Program-made: the position numbers and the translations under genes
Assembly: GCA_013416795.1 (NCBI GenBank)
Contig: RQSC01000154.1
Coordinates: forward strand, 1-47,658
From: Prasinococcaceae sp. CCMP 1430
Lineage: Eukaryota; Plantae; Prasinodermophyta
Direction: 5' to 3'
Length of the DNA stretch: 47,658 nt
Shown: one piece after another, positions 1-7,979 of the stretch
Position numbering within the stretch: the stretch's first letter is position 1
Layout: each line of letters starts with the position of its first letter
Notes under the pieces: generated by a model
The model's database searches: none
The model's input: the letters and a program-made list of their open reading frames with translations, nothing else
What the model was told of the DNA's origin: nothing

Positions 1-12
1 CAGGTCCCACTG

Positions 13-2207
13 GTGCGTTGTTTTTTTCCCGTAATTTTGGCGTTGAGGGGAGCGAGTGCCGTCCGCAGGGCGAGCGGCCGCGCCGGCGTGGGAGGCAGGG
101 CTGGGGGCGCACACGCCCGCGCGCAGCCTCTGTGGACGAGCGATACCCGGGCTGGTGAGTCAGCTCTTGTTCCAAACGAGGAGTGGCACAGCGCGCTCGC
201 GCGCCTTCGGCGGGACGGCGTCGGCGAGGTCGACGCCAGCACGCGTGCGGCGCTCGTGGAGAGCGGCTTCGCTCCGGAGCAGCCATGCTTCATCGTGGGC
301 CCGCGTTGCCACCCACGCTGTCAGCAGCCGGCCCCTCCAACACCCGTGGAGGCACTCTCGCGCGTCTGCCTAGCCGCGCTCCCGGACGACGGCGAGACGC
401 GGCTCTCGGCGTGGCAGCTGGAGGTGCCTGCCAATTTGGATGCAGGATACACTAGTGGCTACAATGGCAGCGTCGGCGCGCGTGACTCGGATGCTGGAGC
501 TACCGGAGGTCCAACTCAGCGTTTCGGCGTGCCCGCGGTCATCGGCATCGGACCTGCCAAGAGCGCCAGCACTGGGCTCTTCGGAATGCTCTATCGCCAC
601 CCGGCGGTGCCAGAACCTGTGAAACCCCCGAAAGCTGGGGGCGCGGGAGGAATCTTCGAGCCAGGACACTTCACGAGTTTCGACCACATCTTCAGCATGG
701 GACTGCCGCACCTCGCGAGTTACTTCCCCGTCGCTTCGGGCCCTGCCGCATTGGACGAGCGCGAGCGCGTGGCACGGGGCAAAGGCCTGCGCGAGCGCGT
801 CCAGATGGATGCCCTGTCCGCTCGGGCGATCGCTGACCACGTTGGCTCACGCGTGACAAGCGACGCAACGCATCGCCTAGCTGCGATGCATGCGGCAGCG
901 GTTGCAGCCCCCCGACAGACGGTCACTGCTGGCGGCGGCACGGTGGCCACACCCAGCGCGCCAGAACTGACGCGCGGCGCCCCGCTCTTCGCCGAGAAGA
1001 GTCCATGGTACATCAGCCACCCCCTTGCGCCTTACCGATTGCACGCGACGCTGCCGGGCGCCCTGGCGGTGGCGACCCTTCGGGACCCAGTCGAGCGCGC
1101 ATTTTCCGGCTTTGTACACACGAACAAGAATCGCTTCGCGAGGGGGCTGGGGCCACTCATGCCTTTCAATCAAACGGTCGAGATGGCCATTGCGGAGGTC
1201 GAGCGCTATCGCACGTGCCGCGATGCGACGTGGCCGACGGCGGCGGCAAGCGCGGGCGCTCAGGCGGACACGTACCACGCGCTGTTCACGAGTGATGGCG
1301 TCTCGACGCGGACGCTCCAAGAGATCGATGAGCACATTTGGTACGCGTGCGGAGACTACGCTGGCTTCGATTTTACGCACGTGCGCAATCGCTTCTCGGT
1401 GCGTGCGCCGTGCGCCTATGGCGGTGGCCATCGCCCGTCGCGCGCGCTGGCGTGTCCGCTGCTTCGAGCGCGTGATCGCGCCGGGAGTCACTGACCGGTA
1501 CCTGAGCACACGGCTACGCCCCCCGCCTCCCCCTCCACATGCCACTTTTGATGACGCAGGCGCCTGTCGATGAAATCGTGTTCTATTCCCTGTATCACGA
1601 GCATTTGCCGCGCTGGAGACGAGTGCTCGGGAACCGGCTGCGGATCGTCTCGGAGGGCGATCTGAGGAACGACGCAAACGCAACCATGAACTCGCTGGCC
1701 GCGAGCCTGGGCCTTGCGCCTTTCGATTTCAGCAAGGGAGGACTGGGTTCGCCCAACAACAAGACAGAGGACATTCTCCGCCGCGCCGCACGGGTCAACA
1801 ACGTCAACAAGGGTCGTGGGGAAGGCCGGGGCGGGCGCCCTCCCGGGCGGCGAGGCGTATGGGGCGGTGGCGCACTGGCTGCTGATGGAGGGCGTCACGC
1901 AGGCCACCGCGCGGGCTCACGCCGGGCGAGCGCCGGCGGTGGGCGAAGGCGCGGCAATGACGTCAGCGACGCCGCGCGACGGAGGCTTCTGCAGCAAGCT
2001 CTCCCTCCCCGAAACCATCATCACGTGGGCGAGCGCGCAACGGCGCTCGGTACAGCAGGCGTGTTGCGCACCAGCCGCCCCTTCACCGACCTGGACACCC
2101 TGCGCGATTCGGCTGCAATGGCACGGCTGCGCGCGTACGTCAGGGTCGTTCCCGCAGGCGTCAGCACTGACCCCGCGCTGCCAGAGAATGCATGGTTGAG
2201 GGACTGA
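13..2207 (+). CDS. PAPS-dependent sulfotransferase (heparan-sulfate O-sulfotransferase-like fold); 5' end uncertain or outside the window; intron 1399-1559
   Basis: 5'-PSB-like motif VIGIGPAKSASTGL and 3'-PB motif LRDPVERAFSG in ORF 13..1494. A GT at 1399 and CAG ending at 1559 (phase 0) join it to ORF 1539..2207, which carries SLYHEHLPRW..LRIVSEGDLRND..LGLAPFDF, typical of the sulfotransferase C-terminal half. Confidence 0.8.
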
Positions 2208-2294
2208 GCGGCACAGCGAGCGACGCCCGCCCCCCCTCCCCGCCCGCTCCGGCCTTCGTCTCATGTTCACGGCTCCTTTCTGGCCATCAGGCGA

Positions 2295-2731
2295 CATTAT
2301 CTTGGAGGGGGTCTCGTGTTGCCTTTAAAGTCACATCTTACGGTGAAGGGGTTGAAACCCTTTAAAACCTGAAAACTAAGCTTTGACCCAGGCCTACGCA
2401 AAATAGACCGGGTTGGGTGGGTGAGCTCGTGTGCAGACCCTCCTCTGACCCGATAACCCATATTAACCGAGGCTGAATATGCCATTATCTTGGAGGGGGT
2501 CTCGTGTTCACGCCGCGGGGGTTGCTGCGCGCGACAGCGCGCAAAGCAACAAGAGTGGCACACGCCGCGCGCGCGCCTCCTGCGCCAGATATTTTGATTT
2601 TTGGCCGCCCAGGCGCGTTCAGGGAACGCGCTCGGGGAACGACCGGCCAACACTGCAGTTCCACACGCGCTCGTGTGCAGACCCTCCTCTGACCCGATAA
2701 CCCATATTAACCGAGGCTGAATATGCCATTA
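2295..2731. mobile_element. Putative miniature split-direct-repeat element, A1-x-B1-A2-y-B2
   Basis: Exact 26-bp repeat at 2295-2320 and 2483-2508. Exact 63-bp repeat at 2425-2487 and 2669-2731. B1 and A2 overlap by CATTA, and CATTA is also found at both outer ends. The repeats are directly visible; mobile-element status is inference. Confidence 0.55.
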
Positions 2732-3357
2732 AAAAAAGAGGTCGTTGAACTCTTCCACGCTTCTTGACGAGCATCGAACCCAAAAAAATCTGTGAGCCGG
2801 TCCGCGAAGAATTGCAGGCTTTTTGACGTGCGTCGAACAGCGCGTCGGCCGGTCGGGCGAAGGCATTTACGCCCGTTCCACAGCCGTGCGGAATATCTAT
2901 GGCGAATGCATCCATTACATTGACCGCGTTTTTAAGTTTGTATGGTCTTTGAGACTGAAGAATCGCGGCGATGCGAGAATTGCGCTTGCCATTCCGTAGA
3001 GTACGCGGTGCGCGTGCGCGAACGCCGCCGAATTCAAACGTCGGATCGCGCGCGCCCGCAAGCGGACGCGCACAAGGCTTCTTTGAACTCCGCTGAGTTC
3101 GCAAAAGGGCTCGGTTCCGCATTTGGAAGAATCGCGGAAGGAGGTTTTGGCGCGCCGCGGCGGGACGCGGCGCGAGCGCGAGGGAGAGTCGTGTGCGTGG
3201 CGACGTGGAGGCAATGTCAGGCTAAGCGGCGGCGGCGGCGCCGCGGCGCGTGCGGCCGCGCGCTGCAGACGCGGCCAAGGTCGGAGGGGGTGCTGGGGGG
3301 CAGCATGACTCGACGGCGCAGCGTCCGGCGCCACCGGCGGGCTCCCGCGCGCTGAGT

Positions 3358-4734
3358 ATGCGGCAGAAGCACCCGCTGCGCATGTCAAAGCCATTTCGCC
3401 GCCCGCAGGGGGCGCGCGCAGCTCCGCGCACGGACGGCGCCGGGAGCGCTGCCAACGGCGTGTTTGCTGCTGCGGCGCAGGCCATCTCAACCTCCGACGT
3501 GCCGCTTCCGCCGACCGTCAAGCCCGCAGACGCGGAGGAGGATTCTGCGCCCGTGGCCGCGTCTGCGGATGCGCCAGACGAGCCCGTACCCCGCACCGAG
3601 CGCACCGCCGCGTCCGCGCGGTCCGCGGAGCCGGTGCCGCAGCCTCAACGGCGTGCGGGCTCGGCGCGGCGTGCGGGGGCGGCAGGCAAGTCGAAGCCGA
3701 GGCGCACCAACACCGTCACGAACATGCTGGCCACGGCCCCGCGGCGCCATCCAAAGGCTGTGTTCATTGGCTCGCGTCCAGATGGGGTGACGGTGGGGTC
3801 GATGCTCAAGGCCGACGGGCACGAGGTGGGAGTCGCAGGCGTGCCAGCTGATGTGACGGAATTGGCGAAGGGCGTGCGCACCAGCCCCCCTGAGTCGCTG
3901 GTATGCCTGGCGGCCCTCGGAGGCGACGAGGAGAAGATTCAGGCGAAGGTTGGCGCGCTCCGCTCGCTCGCGACCGCGGCAGCGGCGGCGAAGACGCTGT
4001 CGGTTGCCGTGGTGGCGCTCCCTTCGGCTGAGGAAGTCGGGGCGCACCGATGCGATGTGGCCGAGGCCGCCGCCGAGGCCCTTCTCGAGGGAGAGGGAGC
4101 GGTGGATGCGCTCATCGTGCTCGATGAGGTCGCCTGCTTCGACACGCCCTTCGTGCTTGCCGAGCATGCCGGTGGGCTGATGCAGCTCCTGCGCGGCTCG
4201 AGTCGCGCGGACGCGCGCAGGGCCCTCCGCGGACGGGCTGTCCTGGGCGTGGGCAAAGGGCCAGCCGCAGAGGCTGCTCGAAAGGCGCTCGCCGCCTGCG
4301 CAGTCCCGGAGACGGCCATGCCTCGCTCGGTGGTCTACTCCATGCACGGGTGCGTGTCGATTGCCGCGGCCGACGAGGTGGGGGCAGTAGTGCGGACGCT
4401 CGCGCACCCGAACGCAGTCCTCGCGTTCGACTCGACGCTCGCTCCAAAGGGCGGAGAGAAGGGCATGGTGGTGATTGCCCTGGCGTCACGCTTCCACGGC
4501 ATCGGCAATGGCTTCCTTGCCGACTCGGCGCGCGCGGCCGCACTTGCCGAGCTGGCCATGGCCACCCCCGGCATAGACAGGCCCATGCCCAAGCTGCAAT
4601 ACGAGGAGACCGCTGTGCACAGCTTCCTTTCGCAGCGCGCGAAGGAGCGCGCGAGCGACTCTGCGGGCTACCTGCGGAGGCACAGCGAGGCGAAGGGCCG
4701 TGCGGCGTCGTCGCTGCTTGACGACATGCACTGA
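3358..4734 (+). CDS. Highly divergent FtsZ-fold protein (ARC3-like FtsZ domain) with degenerate GTPase motifs and a long low-complexity N-terminus
   Basis: Colinear similarity to FtsZ: KAVFIG, LVCLAALGG, LSVAVVALPSAEEVGAHRCDVAE, VDALIVL, ADARRAL..GRAVLGVG, AAEAARKAL, VGAVVRTLAHPNAVLAF, VVIALASRF. First in-frame ATG is at 3358. Confidence 0.75.
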   Translation: MRQKHPLRMSKPFRRPQGARAAPRTDGAGSAANGVFAAAAQAISTSDVPLPPTVKPADAEEDSAPVAASADAPDEPVPRTERTAASARSAEPVPQPQRRAGSARRAGAAGKSKPRRTNTVTNMLATAPRRHPKAVFIGSRPDGVTVGSMLKADGHEVGVAGVPADVTELAKGVRTSPPESLVCLAALGGDEEKIQAKVGALRSLATAAAAAKTLSVAVVALPSAEEVGAHRCDVAEAAAEALLEGEGAVDALIVLDEVACFDTPFVLAEHAGGLMQLLRGSSRADARRALRGRAVLGVGKGPAAEAARKALAACAVPETAMPRSVVYSMHGCVSIAAADEVGAVVRTLAHPNAVLAFDSTLAPKGGEKGMVVIALASRFHGIGNGFLADSARAAALAELAMATPGIDRPMPKLQYEETAVHSFLSQRAKERASDSAGYLRRHSEAKGRAASSLLDDMH

Positions 4735-4900
4735 ATGCCGCGGCCGGCCACGCGATGGAGGGGTTGAGCTGCCGGGGTGGTATGAAATCGAGAGCGCGCC
4801 CATCGAAGCCACTCGGTTGTATAAACCCGGCGCGAGTAGCGAGAGCCTTCGACGAGGAGAGTGGGCGCGGCGGGCCGACGACGTTGTGAAGATTGAATAT

Positions 4901-6058
4901 TTACAGGGTGTACATGAACGCGCTGCCGCCGCGCGCGCCAGGCAACGGGGCTCTGTCGTTTGCAGGTCCCGCCCCCGCCTGAATTCCAGGGTGAAGATGC
5001 TGGGGCGGGTGCAGGTGCGGCGGGAGCGTGGCCGGGTGCGTCGGCGGCTGGTACGCTCCGGCGCGCTGCTGTGCCGCGGGGTTTGGCGCGAGCGCCGAGC
5101 GGGACGCCTCCTCGTAGGCCTCCTTTATCGCGGATCGCAGCCAGAACTGCTTGCGGAGCCGGAGGTAGCGGTCGAGCGCGGCGTCGGCCTCGTCGGGCGG
5201 CACGTCGCACAGCGAGTGCTCGAGCGCCTCGCTCTCGTCCTTGGACTCCTTCACTGCCTCCCCCAGACGCGCCATGATGCCCGCGGTGGACATAGCGGCG
5301 AGCGCCTCGGCCTGCTTGGCCATGGCGCCCCTGTACGCTTCCAGCGCCGGCTCCAACTCGGTCGAGCGCACGATGGCCACATGGCCGCGCCCATTCTTTA
5401 TGTCTGGTTCGAGCGCGAGGTTGGCCTCGGCGAGAGCCTTGCACTCATCCTGCGCCTGCTGCACCATCTCTGCCAACTGGCCGGCGTTGCCCTGCTCCGC
5501 CGCGAAGGCGTCGAAAGCAGAGGATGACGTCAGCAGCGTGAGCAGTTCGTCGTTCGACAGCTCTCCGAGCGCCAGGAACCGCTCCGGCACCGCCGGAACT
5601 GTGGTTGACGACTGGCGGCACATGCTCGCCTCGTTGTGGCCAGAAGCCCTCGATCCGTTCGCGCCGCCGAGCGCTCCGGCACCCGCCCCGAGCGTCGCGA
5701 CCACGTCGGATACCACTTTGGCGAGATTGCTCCCCTTCGCCACGTCCCACAGCCGCGTGCGCTTGAAGCCCACCGCGCCGCTCTCGCGGTCCACCCACGG
5801 GTGACTCACCGGTGGCGACACACGCAGCTCCGGTGACACCGCCGGAAACTCGTCCGAGAGGCACACGTGCAGCGTCGCGGCCCCGCGCCCGCGCGGCAGC
5901 TGGAGCGGCAGCTCGAACTCGGCAGCGACGCTGCTTCCGCCTCGGCTTCCGCCGCCGCCTCCGCCACCGCCGCGGCCGTCCACCTCCACCACGGCGGGAG
6001 AAGCTTTCTGCAGCCCCACGACCTGCTCCGCGCGCGCGTCAGACACCGCCGGCGCCAT
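4901..6058 (-). CDS. VPS37: ESCRT-I subunit VPS37 (UEV-like N-terminal domain + Mod(r) domain)
   Basis: FPAVSPELRVSPPVSHPWVD (UEV-like), then LSNDELLTLL, LAEANLALEP, AIVRSTEL, ESEALEHSL and YLRLRKQFWLR, matching plant VPS37. ATG at 6058; stop overlaps TGTAA. Confidence 0.85.
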   Translation of the reverse strand: MAPAVSDARAEQVVGLQKASPAVVEVDGRGGGGGGGGSRGGSSVAAEFELPLQLPRGRGAATLHVCLSDEFPAVSPELRVSPPVSHPWVDRESGAVGFKRTRLWDVAKGSNLAKVVSDVVATLGAGAGALGGANGSRASGHNEASMCRQSSTTVPAVPERFLALGELSNDELLTLLTSSSAFDAFAAEQGNAGQLAEMVQQAQDECKALAEANLALEPDIKNGRGHVAIVRSTELEPALEAYRGAMAKQAEALAAMSTAGIMARLGEAVKESKDESEALEHSLCDVPPDEADAALDRYLRLRKQFWLRSAIKEAYEEASRSALAPNPAAQQRAGAYQPPTHPATLPPHLHPPQHLHPGIQAGAGPANDRAPLPGARGGSAFMYTL

Positions 6059-6158
6059 CGCGCCCGGCACTGTCCGCCCGCCCGCCCTCCAGCCAGCGCC
6101 CCCGCCTCCGAGGCCGCCCAACACCCCGCGCCCGCGGCGCCAGCGCTTGCGCCCAGCA

Positions 6159-6385
6159 CCGCTCGCACGCGCGCGCGCGCGCGATCGCATGCGTTTTCAC
6201 CTACGCTTCACATATGTACGTCAAAACGCAGGGAAATCGCGACGCCGCTCGCACGCGCGCGCGCGCGCGATCGCATGCGTTTTCACCTACGCTTCACATA
6301 TGTACGTCAAAACGCAGGGAAATCGCGACGCCGCTCGCACGCGCGCGCGCGCGCGATCGCATGCGTTTTCACCTACGCTTCACAT
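6159..6385. repeat. 86-bp tandem repeat, about 2.6 identical copies
   Basis: Unit starts at 6159, 6245 and 6331 (CCGCTCGCACGCGCG...TGCGTTTTCACCTACGCTTCACATATGTACGTCAAAACGCAGGGAAATCGCGACG). Confidence 0.95.
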
Positions 6386-6553
6386 GCAGTAGCTAGGTCA
6401 AAACTAAAGCACGCGTTTCTCCATCTCCGTCACATGTGAGAAGAGCGTACAGTACGTGACATGTGTGTGAGCGTGTGTGCGCGCGCGAGCGCGCACGGGG
6501 GTGGTGGCGGCACAGCGCGCGCGCGCCCCCCCTTGCGCGCGCCGCCGGCCGCG

Positions 6554-7231
6554 ATGCCGACCTTCGTGCTGTGGGTGAAGGCCGAGCTCGAGAACGTGGC
6601 GGAGATCGCAGCGCCGGCGGGCCACGCGTGGTGCATCGACGTGCAGCAGGCCGCAGGCACCGAGGAGAAGAAGGGGGTGTGGGTCGACCCCGCCGAGGAG
6701 GCCGAGCTGAGCGGCTCGCGCGGCGTCGCCAACCTCGTCATCAAGTTCGACAACAAGGAGGCCTCGGCCAGCCTGGTGGATATCAAGGTGTGTGTGAGAG
6801 AGTGAGTGCGTGCGTGCGTGTGCATGCGTGCGTTTGCGTGCGCGCGCGCGCGCGTGCGTGTGCGCGTGCGTACGCATTTGCATAGGTGTGTGTGCGTGTG
6901 TGTGCGCGCGCGTGTGTGCGCATGTGTGCGCTGACCGCCGCCTGTCCTTCCGCAGGGGCTGGTCCCGGCGACGTACACCGCCGAGGGTCAGGAGAAGGAC
7001 AAGTGGCAGCCGCTGATTGCGCTCGAGTGCCGCGGCCTCGAGCCCATCGCCTGGCAGCCGCGCGGGGGTTACAGTGTGACGAGCGCCGGCGGCAGCGGCA
7101 AGGTGTTCGAGGACGTTGAGTTCGAGGACGGCGAGTGGTGTGAGTATGACGACGAGGACGACCTCAGCGTGGAGATCGGTGAGCTGGAGCACGAGTGGCG
7201 CGTGCACAAGGAGAAGAAGGGCAAGAAGTGA
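6554..7231 (+). CDS. CZIB: DUF866/UPF0587 (CZIB/C1orf123-like) protein; exons 6554-6787 and 6956-7231
   Basis: LWVKAELENV, SGSRGVANLVIK, LECRGLEP and GEWCEYDD motifs. GT at 6788, CTGAC branch at 6931, CAG ending at 6955; phase 0 splice restores the frame. Confidence 0.9.
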
Positions 7232-7416
7232 CGCGAGCGCGCACGTGCACGCGTGAGCGAGCGAGCGAGCGAGCGCACGTAAGCACCGGCCGGACCGCCG
7301 CACGCCGTCGCCGCATGTGTCCACCACTGCCGCCACGCGCACGCGCGCGCACGTAGATTCACACAAGCACGCACGCGCGCACATCCTCACCCTCACACGC
7401 GCGCGCACACACACAT

Positions 7417-7417
7417 A

Positions 7418-7464
<47 letters not shown>
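7417..7464. repeat. (ACGC)12 microsatellite
   Basis: Directly visible, downstream of the DUF866 gene. Confidence 0.9.
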
Positions 7465-7979
7465 GCACACATCGGATAGCCGTCGAAGCCGAAACCGCCC
7501 GCTCCCATTCATGAGAAATTCATTTACCAGTCAAGACAACCCACGGGCGATCCTAAGGAGAAGCTTCGTTTGCATTGGCGTGTTTGATCTTTTCCAAAGC
7601 TTTTGGGTGCTGGGCGCAGAGGTGTGCCACTGTGCGCGCGGAGCGGCGGCGCGCTGAGGGCAGCGTTGGGGGCGTTCGAGTGGTGGGCGGCGATACGGCG
7701 CTCACCCGCGCGCTCGGCCCGGCAGCCGCCGGCCGCCGCGAGGGCTTTCGGAGGGCCCCGGCGGCCCCGCGGCCGCCCCCATCAAAACGCACGCCAAAAG
7801 CCAAACCCAAATGCGCTCGGTCATTTCGAAGGGCGACGCCCGCGCGTCACTTCCAAGGGCACTTCCAAGGGCGAATTTCACGACGAGCCCCCGAAAATTG
7901 CCGCGCGCGTCGACGTTTCAATGCACGATGCAATGAGAATATGCAGAATGCATTCGGGAGGGGGTTGCAAAGGCGGTTT

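Noticed and set aside
1714-2199. Alternative coding frame for the sulfotransferase 3' end
   Set aside because: Frame 1539 continues the sulfotransferase motifs through a clean splice; overlapping open frames are expected at this GC level.
2350-2380. Telomerase RNA template
   Set aside because: GAAACCCTT and neighbours are not a 1.5-repeat CTAAACCCT template, and there is no evident snRNA-type promoter.
2459-2481. U4 snRNA (TAACCGAGGC) or CRESS/HUH nonamer origin (CATATTAAC)
   Set aside because: No U6-pairing region, AATGAG K-turn partner or Sm site. The nonamer differs from NANTATTAC and lies in the stem rather than the loop.
2295-2731. CRISPR array
   Set aside because: Only one complete 84-bp B+A unit plus two partial ends, spacers of 104 and 160 bp, no cas genes, and a eukaryotic context.
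2280-2731. Hammerhead, HDV or twister ribozyme in the repeat element
   Set aside because: No CTGANGA..GAAA core on either strand (closest is CTGATGG). The pseudoknot lacks room for HDV P3/L3. AACACTGC and TGGAGGGGG recall a twister, but the UAA cleavage loop and GUNNCAAGCCC segment are absent.
2297-3122. Minus-strand ORFs sharing MAYSASVNMGYRVRGGSAHE
   Set aside because: The shared peptide is simply the translation of repeat B; there is no codon bias or recognisable domain.
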